A stretch of DNA of 64,000 nucleotides from Candidatus Nomurabacteria bacterium (GTDB lineage: Bacteria; Patescibacteriota; Minisyncoccia; Phycocordibacterales; UBA5272), in NCBI GenBank assembly GCA_040376695.1, contig JBEIQD010000001.1, positions 80,726-144,725 on the forward strand, in the 5' to 3' direction. The stretch's first letter is position 1; every line of letters starts with the position of its first letter. Both the position numbers and the translations under genes were made by a program. Below, in pieces: positions 8,867 through 19,090 of the stretch. The notes beneath the pieces are model-generated. The model was given only the letters and a program-made list of their open reading frames with translations. It had not been told where the DNA came from and searched no databases.

Positions 8867-10342
8867 ATGATACCTCTAGACCAACTCTCAAAAAGCGGAG
8901 ATAAGCGTACGGGTAATTCTCGTCGAAAGTATGGATATGATAGAAGAGAGTCAGATACTGCTGAAGACCCTCTTCGTGGCCCACGTATTCCTCCGCAAGA
9001 TTTGGAATCTGAAAAAGCACTCCTAGGTTCTCTGCTTCTTTCATCGGATGCGCTTTTTGATATTGCTGACTCTGTAAACTCTCAAAGTTTTTATGCAGCC
9101 AAGCATCAGATTATTTATGAAGTAATCGAAGACCTTGTTAACAGAAAGGAACCAGTTGATATTCTTACTGTATCTGCTGCTCTTCGTGGACGAAAAGAAT
9201 TTGATCAGATTGGTGGAGCTCCGTATCTATCAGAGCTTCTCGGTCTTGTTGGTTCTGCTTCGAATGCTAAATACTATGCTCAAATTGTTCGTAAAAAAGA
9301 ACTCCTTCGAAAGCTTATTGAAGCTACCACTCATATTGGAGAGATAGCGTACGGCGAAACAGATTCTCTTGAATCAATTCTAGAAGAGTCTGAAAAAAGT
9401 ATTTATGAAATTACAACTAAAGGAGGATCATCTGATCGTCTTATTGCGTTTAATGAATTGATTGAAGAGACATGGTCTCGTATTGAGAAGATGTCAGAAA
9501 AGGAAGGTGGCATGCGCGGAACACCGAGCGGGTTTCGTGATCTTGATAATAAATTATCTGGGTTCCAGCCATCTGACCTTATTATTCTCGCTGCGCGACC
9601 TTCTGTTGGAAAGACATCTCTTGCGCTCGACTTCGCACGTAACGCAGCCGTAAAACACAACATCCCTGTTGCTATCTTCTCTCTAGAAATGAGTAAGGAG
9701 CAGCTTGTTGACCGTATGCTCTCAGCCCAGTCTCAGGTGGATAGTTGGAAGCTTCGTACGGCAAAGCTTACGCTGGATGAAGAATTCCAGCGCCTCCAAC
9801 AAGGTATGCATGAACTCATGAAGGCTCCAATCTTTGTGGATGATAAGGCCGCGAATACTATTCTTAACATGAGAAGTACACTTCGTCGTCTAAATAGTGA
9901 CAGACCAATTGGACTTATCATTGTGGACTACCTTCAGCTTATGGGGACATCACGTCAGTATGACAACATGGTTAACCAAGTTACGGAAATCTCTCGCTCA
10001 TTGAAAGCGCTTGCTAAAGAGTTTAACGCTCCAGTGATTGCCCTCTCACAGCTTTCGCGTGCGGTTGAATCTCGTGGTGGAAAGCCTCGCCTCTCTGACC
10101 TTCGAGACTCAGGATCTATTGAACAGGATGCGGATGTGGTTATGTTCATTCACCGTGAAGATAAATATGGAGAGAACACAGAAAGAAAGAACATCGTGGA
10201 AATTCTTATTGAAAAGCATCGAAACGGCCCAACGGGTATGGTTGAACTCTACTTTGATGATAAGAAGACGTCATTCCTTTCTGTGGAGAAGTCAGAATTT
10301 GGCGATTTTACAATCCCAAATATGAATGTACCTGAATTCTAA
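8867..10342 (+). CDS. dnaB: replicative DNA helicase
   Basis: PPQDLESEKALLG, AARPSVGKT, IIVDYLQLM, LSQLSRAVE, LRDSGSIEQDAD, KHRNGPTG. Confidence 0.97.
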   Translation: MIPLDQLSKSGDKRTGNSRRKYGYDRRESDTAEDPLRGPRIPPQDLESEKALLGSLLLSSDALFDIADSVNSQSFYAAKHQIIYEVIEDLVNRKEPVDILTVSAALRGRKEFDQIGGAPYLSELLGLVGSASNAKYYAQIVRKKELLRKLIEATTHIGEIAYGETDSLESILEESEKSIYEITTKGGSSDRLIAFNELIEETWSRIEKMSEKEGGMRGTPSGFRDLDNKLSGFQPSDLIILAARPSVGKTSLALDFARNAAVKHNIPVAIFSLEMSKEQLVDRMLSAQSQVDSWKLRTAKLTLDEEFQRLQQGMHELMKAPIFVDDKAANTILNMRSTLRRLNSDRPIGLIIVDYLQLMGTSRQYDNMVNQVTEISRSLKALAKEFNAPVIALSQLSRAVESRGGKPRLSDLRDSGSIEQDADVVMFIHREDKYGENTERKNIVEILIEKHRNGPTGMVELYFDDKKTSFLSVEKSEFGDFTIPNMNVPEF

Positions 10343-10377
10343 GTGTAAAAACTCCTTCTGATATACTCAACTAATAT

Positions 10378-11004
10378 ATGAATGCAACCGATCGATTAGC
10401 AGAACTTTTTATGCGTTTCCCTGGCATTGGACCAAAACAAGCAAAACGCTTCGTGTATTATCTTCTGCGTGAACACTCTCATTTTAAGGAACAGCTTATC
10501 AAAGCTCTCGAGGAACTTAAGTTCACTGGCAAACAATGTGAAATGTGTTTTAGGTATTTTGGTGACAAGAATCCAAATAGTACTAAGACAATGTGCTCTA
10601 TTTGTGAAGATGAGACGCGCGATCGATCCATTCTTATGGTCCTTGAAAAGGAGCTTGATATGGATGCCATTGAAAAAACTGGTTCCTATACAGGGTTGTA
10701 TTTTATTCTAGGAAACCTTGTACCACCTCTTACTGAAAAACCTTCTGAAATTATTCGTATACGGGAACTCACACTACGAATACATTCCACACTTGAAAAA
10801 AACGAGTTAAAGGAGATTATTTTTGCGCTCCCGGTAACTGATTATGGAGATACCACGAAAGAGTATGTTGAAAAGACAATTAAACAGATTGTGGGTATAG
10901 AAAAAGCAAAGCTATCTAATCTCGCTCGAGGTCTTTCAAGCGGATTAGAACTTGAATACGTTGATAGGAATACCTTTGCTTCTGCGTTTGAACACAGAAA
11001 CTAA
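10378..11004 (+). CDS. recR: recombination protein RecR
   Basis: FPGIGPKQAKR HhH, C4 zinc finger, Toprim region, LARG..LEYVD. Confidence 0.9.
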   Translation: MNATDRLAELFMRFPGIGPKQAKRFVYYLLREHSHFKEQLIKALEELKFTGKQCEMCFRYFGDKNPNSTKTMCSICEDETRDRSILMVLEKELDMDAIEKTGSYTGLYFILGNLVPPLTEKPSEIIRIRELTLRIHSTLEKNELKEIIFALPVTDYGDTTKEYVEKTIKQIVGIEKAKLSNLARGLSSGLELEYVDRNTFASAFEHRN

Positions 11005-11078
11005 GCTGTGTAGGTAAAATAAAAACACGCAACATTGTTTTATCTTGGAGAGCTCCAAAAATGTTGCGCGTTTGAGTT

Positions 11079-11588
11079 TTATTTCTCTTTCGGCAACACC
11101 TTTCGCTTACAGTAGCTAATGATTGCCAAACACAGGAGGGATAAACATATCGAAACCATAAGTATCCAAGAGGCTTCCCAGAACCTATTCAAAAGAAGCA
11201 AAGCTTCCTCAGGAGGTCTCATCGTTCCTCTTTTTCTGCCTTCGTAAATAATAGATTCGATGCCAATCGGCATTAGGTACACCACGAAGATTAGCAAGAG
11301 AATATTTAGGGGGATATAAGCTTTGTTCGCTTTCCCTTTCAAAAATTCTTCAGGGTTTGTGGCGAAGGTGCACAAAGACGCGGCTGGGTAGAGGAGTATG
11401 AAGCCTGAGAGCCCGCATACCATAAAAAGTATGCCGTTGGATTCTAAGAAAATGTCTGGCGATTTAGGCTCCATAAAATACAGCACTCCAACTGAGCCAA
11501 ACATCATGATAAGACTTAGTCCACCAAAAAAGGCGCCCGCATGCGCAAGCTTAGGGAGCTTTGGTTCTTTATTAATTACAGCACTCAT
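11079..11588 (-). CDS. orphan membrane protein
   Basis: 169-aa ORF with about 4 TM segments. Confidence 0.65.
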   Translation of the reverse strand: MSAVINKEPKLPKLAHAGAFFGGLSLIMMFGSVGVLYFMEPKSPDIFLESNGILFMVCGLSGFILLYPAASLCTFATNPEEFLKGKANKAYIPLNILLLIFVVYLMPIGIESIIYEGRKRGTMRPPEEALLLLNRFWEASWILMVSICLSLLCLAIISYCKRKVLPKEK

Positions 11589-11701
11589 AGTGTACCCCTT
11601 AAAGAGTTTTAATGATGAAAAAGAATATCTAGTGAGATTCTAACACAAGCAAAAACCTTAGCAAATAAACAAAAAACACCCTTTCGGATGTTTTGATTGT
11701 T

Positions 11702-12019
11702 TTAGTTGATTGCGTCAATCTTAAGTGACATGAACGGCTGTCGGTGACCGTTACGCTTGTGGTAACGAGACTTAGCTCGGTAACGTACAACCATAACCTT
11801 ATCAAGCTTGCCTGATTCAGTGATAGTAGCCTTTACTGTAGAGCCTGCCACGTATGGAGCTCCAAGAGTAGTAGTAGCACCATCATCCTTAAGGACAACA
11901 GATTCGATAGTGATTGAATCACCTACCTTGTATTCACCCTTGATCTTCTCAACGGCGATTTCGTCCCCTACAGCAACTTTGTACTGCTTTCCCCCTGTTT
12001 GAATAACTGCGAATGTCAT
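11702..12019 (-). CDS. rplU: 50S ribosomal protein L21
   Basis: FAVIQTGGKQYKV..GHRQPF. Confidence 0.97.
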   Translation of the reverse strand: MTFAVIQTGGKQYKVAVGDEIAVEKIKGEYKVGDSITIESVVLKDDGATTTLGAPYVAGSTVKATITESGKLDKVMVVRYRAKSRYHKRNGHRQPFMSLKIDAIN

Positions 12020-12135
12020 AGTTGAAGAATTATACCTTATTTGCCAATACTATGCAAGGTCTGGGGTTATATAACTATTGACATAGTATGTATACATTGT
12101 ATAATGAGTAAGTTCTTTAACAATGGAGACTTTAT

Positions 12136-12438
12136 ATGAAATTCTGGCATGCTGTGTTCATTGCATTCATGCTCTGTGTCAGCGCTGTTGTGGCCTGGGA
12201 AAACCTTTCTGGTTACTACCGGCTGATGATGGTGCTGGCCCTGATTTTGTGGGTTCTGTTCGTCTTGGCTGCATTCTTGCTCCAGGTGTTCACGGCCGAA
12301 AGAGCCTATCGTCCATATCCGTTGGGAACCCGTTTTCAACGGAAGATGTTCTGGCGGACGGTGGCTCTCGGCCCCCTCATGTTTCTTTTTTTGGACCCTG
12401 TGTTCAAAGGGAAGCCTCTTATCAAACTGCCAGATTAA
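12136..12438 (+). CDS. orphan membrane protein
   Basis: TTGACA (12078)/TATAAT (12100), GGAG SD, hydrophobic ORF, hairpin-T terminator. Confidence 0.65.
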   Translation: MKFWHAVFIAFMLCVSAVVAWENLSGYYRLMMVLALILWVLFVLAAFLLQVFTAERAYRPYPLGTRFQRKMFWRTVALGPLMFLFLDPVFKGKPLIKLPD

Positions 12439-12486
12439 ACCCCTGGTACCAAAAACGGCGCACATGTGCGCCGTTTTTTTTATTTC

Positions 12487-13542
12487 CTATTCTTCTTCGA
12501 ATGTCGGTTTGTCTAGAAGTGTTGGTTCAATCCCTATCTCCTCTCCCGTTATTCGAAGCACATCTTTATCTAACTTCTTCAGTTCCTTGTACGCTGTATT
12601 GTAATGATTCACACTTGTCCCCAATGTCACTCCAAGCTTTCTCATATAATCCTCATACGCCGCTAAGTGGTTACCAAGCTCTTCAACTCGCTTTTGGATA
12701 TGTTTTGCGCTCTCCTCAATCTTGAACGCCTTAAAGCCAAATAACACAGATTGGAGGTATGCATAGAACGTGGTCGGAGAAACAATAATCACCTTCTTTT
12801 TATTGTAAGCGTATTCAATTAAATTTTGCGTGTTAACCGCTCCCTTTGAAACCTGATTAACAAGAAGATCATAGTAGATACCTTCTGCTGGAATAAACAT
12901 AAAAGCGAACGGAAGCGTTCCTTCTTCTGGTTTAATATACTTAGCTGTTTCATCAATTCGTTTCTGAATATCTTTTTTGAATTCATTTTGATAAAAGGCT
13001 GTGTCTTCCTCATCGATAGCATTCATAAGACGCTGGTAGTTATCAAGAGAATACTTCGCATCTACTGGAATAATCCCTTCTTTTGTATGAATAACCGCAT
13101 CCACCGCTTCACCACTTTTAAAGTAATACTGCATTTCATATTGACCTGGGGCGAGCATGTTGGAAAGGATGAGTTCAAGAGACGCTTCGCCTAAATTTCC
13201 TCGTTGCTTCTGATGGGTAAGTACCTTCTCAAGGTTTTGAAGTTGCTCAGTCATTGAGAATACTTGTTTATTTCCTTCTTTCACCTCTGTAAGCTCTCGG
13301 GTGATGTCGGTAATGAGACGGTTGGCTTCTGCTCCTTGACGATGAAGCACTTGATGAAGGTCTGAAGCTGATCGTTCTAGTTTATTTTCTACCGTGTTAC
13401 GTAAACGTTCTAATTGGTCTTGAAGAATGAGAAATGTCTGATCTTCAGTATCATTGTTCTTTGTAGAACCACGAAGTAAGATAATGACGAGCAGTACAGT
13501 GATAATTGTTCCAAAAATGGCGATAAGAATAGTAGGAGTCAT
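12487..13542 (-). CDS. rmuC: DNA recombination protein RmuC
   Basis: N-terminal TM, RGNLGEASL, IPVDAKY, FAFMFIPAEGIY, IVSPTT. Confidence 0.92.
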   Translation of the reverse strand: MTPTILIAIFGTIITVLLVIILLRGSTKNNDTEDQTFLILQDQLERLRNTVENKLERSASDLHQVLHRQGAEANRLITDITRELTEVKEGNKQVFSMTEQLQNLEKVLTHQKQRGNLGEASLELILSNMLAPGQYEMQYYFKSGEAVDAVIHTKEGIIPVDAKYSLDNYQRLMNAIDEEDTAFYQNEFKKDIQKRIDETAKYIKPEEGTLPFAFMFIPAEGIYYDLLVNQVSKGAVNTQNLIEYAYNKKKVIIVSPTTFYAYLQSVLFGFKAFKIEESAKHIQKRVEELGNHLAAYEDYMRKLGVTLGTSVNHYNTAYKELKKLDKDVLRITGEEIGIEPTLLDKPTFEEE

Positions 13543-13697
13543 GTGATTTTAGTATAGCAGAGTCATTTAAATCTGACCTGAGGATGCTTACAACATCATA
13601 TCTTGAGAAACTTGACAATATTAACATATATGCTATATTGATGATGTCAAGCAATCGTGCTTGTCACGTGTTCATTTCAACTCAAGGAGAAAAGCCA

Positions 13698-13874
13698 ATG
13701 GCTCGCACTCATTCCCCTCCCCACAAAGGCACTGCCGCATTGAGCACCACTTTTACCTTCAAGCACAACGGCCTGGGCGCTGCACCACCCGATCCCGCCG
13801 GCCGCGCTGTTGACACCAAACGCCGTTCCGCCAAGACCCGTTCCCGCGGCGGCGCCGCCGTGACCATGCACTGA
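13698..13874 (+). CDS. 58-aa basic, GC-rich orphan peptide
   Basis: TTGACA (13612) promoter, AAGGAG SD, strong C-ending codon bias, downstream hairpins and terminator. Confidence 0.55.
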   Translation: MARTHSPPHKGTAALSTTFTFKHNGLGAAPPDPAGRAVDTKRRSAKTRSRGGAAVTMH

Positions 13875-14044
13875 CCCGGCCAAGGGCTGGCCAGGCAGCG
13901 CAAACACTGCGCTGCCGTGCCTCCCAAAAAACCTGACGACTAGCTCGTCATAACGGTGACAAAGGACTCACCAATAAACCATTCTCCAAAAGAGAGTGGT
14001 TTTTTATTTTTTCCAATTAAGGACCATGGTATAATACCTTTACT

Positions 14045-14491
14045 ATGCAAGAACAAATTAAAGCAGCAATAAAACCAGCGATGATAGCAAAAGATACGGT
14101 GCGCCTCGGCACACTTCGTATGCTTCTCGCTGCATTTACTAATGAACTCGTGACACAGGGACGTCCACCAACAGACCCTCTTTCTGATGAGGATTGTATG
14201 AAGGTTATTAAGCGTCTCGCTAAGCAGCGAAAGGATTCAATCGAACAGTTCGTTTCAGGTGGACGTGAAGATTTAGCAATTGATGAGAAAGCTGAACTTT
14301 CGATCATTGAGGAACTTCTTCCTGCACAAATGACAGAAGAAGAGGTTGAAACTCGTATTAAAGCAAAGCTTGCAGAGTCTCCACTTGACCCTACAAAGAA
14401 AGGGCAGTTTGTTGGAACAATGATGAAGGAGCTTGGTGATACAGCAGACGGCGCAATGGTAAAAGCTGTTATCGATAGACTAACTGCGTAA
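14045..14491 (+). CDS. GatB/YqeY domain protein
   Basis: AMIAKD..LRML..KQRKDSIEQF..GREDL..E..LP. Confidence 0.92.
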   Translation: MQEQIKAAIKPAMIAKDTVRLGTLRMLLAAFTNELVTQGRPPTDPLSDEDCMKVIKRLAKQRKDSIEQFVSGGREDLAIDEKAELSIIEELLPAQMTEEEVETRIKAKLAESPLDPTKKGQFVGTMMKELGDTADGAMVKAVIDRLTA

Positions 14492-14503
14492 ACAATACTT
14501 ACC

Positions 14504-14812
14504 ATGGAGATGAGACCAAGAGAGATATCAGAAGAACAGGTACAGCCAACTCTTTTTATTGAAAATATCCCTCCCAAGGCTGAAGATATTACTGAGATAC
14601 ACATGAAAGATTTGGATACTTTTCTTTCTTCAAAACTGGTTCTTAATCCTGATAACACAATATCTGGTTATCGATTTGGACTTCTTTCCATCTTTGCTTC
14701 TTCTCATGGAATTTCAGATGAAGTACTAAAAAAGTATCTTTCATACAGAGGGATTGGTCTCGATTCAAAACTCCCACCAGAGGAATCTTCAAGTAACATA
14801 AAGTTTCACTAG
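14504..14812 (+). CDS. hypothetical protein
   Basis: 102-aa ORF following yqeY-like gene. Confidence 0.55.
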   Translation: MEMRPREISEEQVQPTLFIENIPPKAEDITEIHMKDLDTFLSSKLVLNPDNTISGYRFGLLSIFASSHGISDEVLKKYLSYRGIGLDSKLPPEESSSNIKFH

Positions 14813-14830
14813 GGATATTTTTGGTAACTA

Positions 14831-14861
14831 TTGACAGTATGCGAATCATATCGCATACTGT
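14831..14861 (+). promoter_or_regulatory. sigma70 promoter overlapped by an 11-bp inverted repeat
   Basis: TTGACA-17-CATACT; ACAGTATGCGA-atcata-TCGCATACTGT. Confidence 0.6.
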
Positions 14862-14896
14862 TTTTAGTTGTTGCAATTAATTAAAAGGAGTTTTCC

Positions 14897-15325
14897 GTGG
14901 AAAATGAACCATTTGATAAAGAAACCCAACGAAAAGCCTACGAATTGATTGATACAGGCCGACAGTTTTACGGTCTGTTCTGGAGAAATCGCACACGCAC
15001 TGCAACACAGCTCGGATATGGGGACTGGGAAAATGTTCCTGAAAAGATCCGCAGATGTGTCAACCAGATTGGTCGCGGCGCCAAGCTTCGCCACGCACAA
15101 GAAAGGAGAGAAATAGCCTGCAATCAAAAGCCTCCCGTTCGAAAAAAGATTGAAGGGTTTGTGCTCAGCAAGGACTCTCTCTCTGATATCTTGGATCGGG
15201 CGCTGTTGGTTCCGAAAAGTGCACGGCCAGATCAAATAAAAATAATTCGTGAATATATCACGAGGCAAGCAGGATTTGACCCCACAAGAATCCTCCTCCA
15301 GATACATTCCTACATGGAACACTGA
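14897..15325 (+). CDS. orphan basic protein
   Basis: AAGGAG SD, GTG start, 142 aa, terminator downstream. Confidence 0.6.
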   Translation: MENEPFDKETQRKAYELIDTGRQFYGLFWRNRTRTATQLGYGDWENVPEKIRRCVNQIGRGAKLRHAQERREIACNQKPPVRKKIEGFVLSKDSLSDILDRALLVPKSARPDQIKIIREYITRQAGFDPTRILLQIHSYMEH

Positions 15326-15375
15326 CCACAGTGCTCTATCTAATCAAAAAGACACCGCGGTGTCTTTTTTTTATT

Positions 15376-16041
15376 TTAATTATTACACTTCACCTGCATT
15401 CCAACACGCACTGGTTGGTTTGCTGAATTAAATACAAGAGAACATACAGTATTTTGAGGAAGTCGTACAGGTACTGTTGCTTGGAAACGTACCCACCCAG
15501 GAGTAGACCATGCACCTGTATTAATGGCATCCATTGCTGTTATAACTCTTCCTTGTGCATCAAGAACAACTATCGGGAACAGTCCATTTTTGAACATAGT
15601 ATCTCGAGCTTCTCCTACAATGGTTAGTCCGTACGAAATAGTTGAACCTTGATATACAGAGAGATTGCGTAGATATGTAGATCTTTCTGCGTTTGATGTT
15701 TCAGTTGTTCCTCCTGTTTTAATAACCTGCGTTCCTGTTGCTGTGTAGTATACCCAATCAACATTTGAGCCACCGTTTGTAGAAGTATTTTGGTATCCAT
15801 TGAAAGGTTCACCTGGTTTATAGACTGTTCCGTATTCTCCGTTAGTATTTTTGTTTCCTAGTAAACCTCCATAATTTTTAGGAGCTGGAAGCCAATCTCG
15901 TTTAAAAACTTCCATTGAAAAAATCTTTGAAACTTTAAATTCAGGATAGAGTGTGCCTACAAGCCATAGAACTAATGCTAATAGAAGTAACCCTAACGCA
16001 AGTTTGATGACGGCACCTAGTAAATAACGAATAGTATCCAT
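15376..16041 (-). CDS. membrane-anchored protein with C-terminal Gmad2-like Ig domain
   Basis: N-terminal TM; IVGEAR..F..FPIVVLDAQG..FQATV. Confidence 0.55.
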   Translation of the reverse strand: MDTIRYLLGAVIKLALGLLLLALVLWLVGTLYPEFKVSKIFSMEVFKRDWLPAPKNYGGLLGNKNTNGEYGTVYKPGEPFNGYQNTSTNGGSNVDWVYYTATGTQVIKTGGTTETSNAERSTYLRNLSVYQGSTISYGLTIVGEARDTMFKNGLFPIVVLDAQGRVITAMDAINTGAWSTPGWVRFQATVPVRLPQNTVCSLVFNSANQPVRVGMQVKCNN

Positions 16042-16053
16042 GGTTATAAAAGG

Positions 16054-16623
16054 TTATTTTTTACCATTACAACTATTCTGATTCCATAGTCCGCGACCAG
16101 AGGTTCTAGCAAGATTCTGTAGTTCACGGAACTCAGATTGATAGGCATACGGCGTTAGATAGGTATATTCATACGCGTATCCCTCAGCGACCATTTTCCG
16201 GTTGAGCATTTGCCCATCTTCTAGATATACATATGCAAGTAATCTGCCATACGTGTCACGCATATTTTGACTATCGTCATATTCAAGTGATACGAGCTCG
16301 CCCTCCGCAAGCTCTTTCATTCTTTCTGAGGCTTCTTTACCGAAACACTGTACTTGGGTTCGAGGGTCTACTGTTTCTGGAGTATTAATACCAATAAGGC
16401 GCACTCGCTCATCTACTCCGTCTATATCAACATGAAGCGTGTCCCCGTCGCTTACTTTTGTGACTTCGTAGTATGTCCCAACAGTATTTGTTACTTGGCT
16501 TGTTTGTACTGTGTTAAGAAACGTCCACCCCATCTCTTGATAGAGGAATGAAAATAAAACGAGAATGATACCTCCTATTCCTAGCTGTATAGCTCGCGGT
16601 GGTGTTGTAGATTTAGCAGACAT
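16054..16623 (-). CDS. thermonuclease (SNase) family protein
   Basis: VSDGDT, VRLIGINTPE, DTYGRLLAYV, ARTSGRGLW. Confidence 0.92.
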   Translation of the reverse strand: MSAKSTTPPRAIQLGIGGIILVLFSFLYQEMGWTFLNTVQTSQVTNTVGTYYEVTKVSDGDTLHVDIDGVDERVRLIGINTPETVDPRTQVQCFGKEASERMKELAEGELVSLEYDDSQNMRDTYGRLLAYVYLEDGQMLNRKMVAEGYAYEYTYLTPYAYQSEFRELQNLARTSGRGLWNQNSCNGKK

Positions 16624-16633
16624 GTGTATGAAA

Positions 16634-17173
16634 TTAACACACGTTAGGTGTTTCAACTTTTTGAGCCAACACGTACGTTGCAATAACAAGAATAATAAGA
16701 CCAATATATCCAATCTCTTGTCCTTGGTACGGCAGAACATTTAACATTGCAGAAAATCCAAAGAATCCTAGGATCACAGAAAGAAGCGCAGTTCCACAGG
16801 CAGCACATCCAATACCTAAGAAGGCGAAAAATAGTCCCATGCCGCTATAGAGTCCACTTTTAACAATAACCTCCCCTCGCAGTCTCATGTAGGTATACGC
16901 AAGAGAAAGGTTGATTCCTCCAAGAAAAGATCCTAAGGTTGCAAGGATAAGTGTTGAAGTGGTAAAAGTGCTTGTTACATCAAAAAGTGTGGCAAGCCCA
17001 AGAGTTATTCTTTTACCAAGTGGTAGTACATCGAATCCATAAATTGCGAGCGCGCTTTTTCCGTTCTGCACAAGGAGTAAAAGTGAAATAAATACAAGTG
17101 TCGAAATAATAATAACAAGTCGACTATCTCTTCTTGTAAAAATAAGAGTAAGACTTGAAGTAAGTTGCTTCAT
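16634..17173 (-). CDS. membrane protein with GCAACG motif
   Basis: Multiple TM segments, CxxC motif. Confidence 0.7.
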   Translation of the reverse strand: MKQLTSSLTLIFTRRDSRLVIIISTLVFISLLLLVQNGKSALAIYGFDVLPLGKRITLGLATLFDVTSTFTTSTLILATLGSFLGGINLSLAYTYMRLRGEVIVKSGLYSGMGLFFAFLGIGCAACGTALLSVILGFFGFSAMLNVLPYQGQEIGYIGLIILVIATYVLAQKVETPNVC

Positions 17174-17249
17174 CTATACAGTATATAGCAGTCATTGAAG
17201 GGTGAATAGTGTATAAAAGAAAAGCGCGATACTTTAGTATCACGCTTTT

Positions 17250-17540
17250 TTACATTATTTCGTCCCCAACTCTTCGTTTTGCTAGGAAATCTTCTAGTTG
17301 AACAATTTCTGTCTCAACAGCCTCAAGCCATTCTTCTTTTGTTCCACGAGCTGCTCGTAGCTTTGCTTTAAAGTTTATGTAGAGTGGATAAATAAGTTCA
17401 GGGTCTTCTTTGATGATATTTACGAATTCCGTTTGCTCTTCTTCACTTAACATAACGAGCCCCGCTTCAAAAGCTCTCGCTTCTTCAAAAGTGAGTTCTG
17501 AACTTTCTAGTACTGTTCGAAGTTCTGTGATGAGTGCCAT
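17250..17540 (-). CDS. acidic hypothetical protein
   Basis: 96-aa ORF with ATG start. Confidence 0.65.
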   Translation of the reverse strand: MALITELRTVLESSELTFEEARAFEAGLVMLSEEEQTEFVNIIKEDPELIYPLYINFKAKLRAARGTKEEWLEAVETEIVQLEDFLAKRRVGDEIM

Positions 17541-17668
17541 GGTTATGTAATTTGCCTTGAAAAATAAGCAAATAGTGAAACAAAAAGGAAACTTGTCTAT
17601 GCGCTCACTCTCGCATAAAAAGTAAAAGTCGTCAAGAGTATAACTTGATAAGAAAGAAACGTATAGGA

Positions 17669-17887
17669 TTAGTTCCCTTGTGGCATGGCCGCAGAGCGGA
17701 GAACTGTTTTATCGGTTAATTCGAGTACTGCTTTCATAACTGGAGTCATTTTCTGCCGAAGATCTGCGGAGATTTGCTGATAGTGCTCAAGATGGTCTGG
17801 AAGCTTCATTGATGGCTTAAAAGCATCCTCGTCGCTGTTCTGGTGTGGCACTGAAAAATGTGATGATCCTTCCATAGTTGGTAGCAA
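17669..17887 (-). CDS. hypothetical protein
   Basis: 72-aa ORF; start uncertain. Confidence 0.4.
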   Translation of the reverse strand: MLPTMEGSSHFSVPHQNSDEDAFKPSMKLPDHLEHYQQISADLRQKMTPVMKAVLELTDKTVLRSAAMPQGN

Positions 17888-18182
17888 TAATTAATAGGTA
17901 AGATGAGTATACTCCCCCTTTTTACCATCGTGCAAGTATAAATTATGTGTTGTTGTAGAAAGTCTTGAAAGTAGTAAAATCTCTTTATTTTAAAGGATAG
18001 AAAATGGTTTTTACAGAAACATAAAAATAACATTTGTCACACCCTTTGAAGCCACTTGTTATATACAGTGAGGGCGGCACTTTTGAAAAGAAATAACGTA
18101 TGTGTATTTTTTGGAGAGTAGTCGTCAAGTCTGTGGCTTGTCCACACTGATTATTATTAATCCTAATAATCGAAAACTATCT

Positions 18183-18959
18183 ATGAAAACATCAAATCTA
18201 AAAACATTATTCAGTGGAATTGCAATTGCAGGTGCGCTTATGGCAATCCCTGTATCAACTTTCGCAGCGAATGCTACAACCACCGCCAATGTCCGAATTA
18301 ACGGAGACGGCATGGTGCATGTGATAAATGCAGAAGTTACATCAATTTCTGGAAATATCATTAATGCAGTAACTCGCTTTAAGAATAGTGTTGTGAATTG
18401 GGCATTTACTACAAATGCGTCTACAACAATTGCTGCAAACAACTCACTTACTGGAACGACAGCTGACATCCGTGTCGGTGATCGTCTTAAGGTAAATGGT
18501 TTAGTATCAGCTTTTGGTTCTACCATTAGCGTACAGGCAGATAAAATTAAAGACATTACATCTATGGCATCATGGAGAGTAAAATCAGGAACGGTACAGA
18601 GTATCAATACAGCCAATGGAACATTTGTTCTTAAGCAGGATGATAAGCTTGTAACGGTACAGACAAATGCTTCAACAACATTTACTCTTGGAAGCACAAC
18701 AGCTTCAACACTTGCTGGGCTTACATTAAATAGCAAGGTGATAGTGTCAGGTGTAACGAGTGCTGATGGTACATCTATGACTGCTTCAAAGGTTAACGTA
18801 AAGGCAACTAACGATAACAAGAGTAAGCATGAATGGAAAAAGGAATGGAAAGATGCTTGGAAAAGCAACAAAGATAACGAGAAGGGAGACAAGGGTCAGT
18901 CACATGATCGTCAGTCATTCCTTAAATCAAACCTCGGAATCTCACTAGGAAACAGATAA
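18183..18959 (+). CDS. secreted protein with DUF5666-like OB repeats
   Basis: Signal peptide; repeated GTVQSIN..TNASTT..L..G..V.V.G..A..V modules. Confidence 0.7.
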   Translation: MKTSNLKTLFSGIAIAGALMAIPVSTFAANATTTANVRINGDGMVHVINAEVTSISGNIINAVTRFKNSVVNWAFTTNASTTIAANNSLTGTTADIRVGDRLKVNGLVSAFGSTISVQADKIKDITSMASWRVKSGTVQSINTANGTFVLKQDDKLVTVQTNASTTFTLGSTTASTLAGLTLNSKVIVSGVTSADGTSMTASKVNVKATNDNKSKHEWKKEWKDAWKSNKDNEKGDKGQSHDRQSFLKSNLGISLGNR

Positions 18960-18989
18960 ATTACAAAAGAAACCAGAGAAAACTTATAA

Positions 18990-19022
18990 CAGGAAAAGCC
19001 CCCGCAAGGGGGCTTTTCCTGT
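18990..19022. terminator. GC-rich hairpin terminator
   Basis: CAGGAAAAGCCCC-cgcaa-GGGGCTTTTCCTG. Confidence 0.75.
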
Positions 19023-19090
19023 GGTTTTGTAAGATTTAAGGCTTTCTCACGTCAGTAGTCATATATAGCAAGTAAACCGTATAAGAAATC

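Noticed and set aside
18125-18892. Long antisense ORFs (18125-18892, 14017-14658, 44010-44762, 12123-12725 and similar)
   Set aside because: They are shadows or alternative frames of better-supported genes and lack motifs or start signals.
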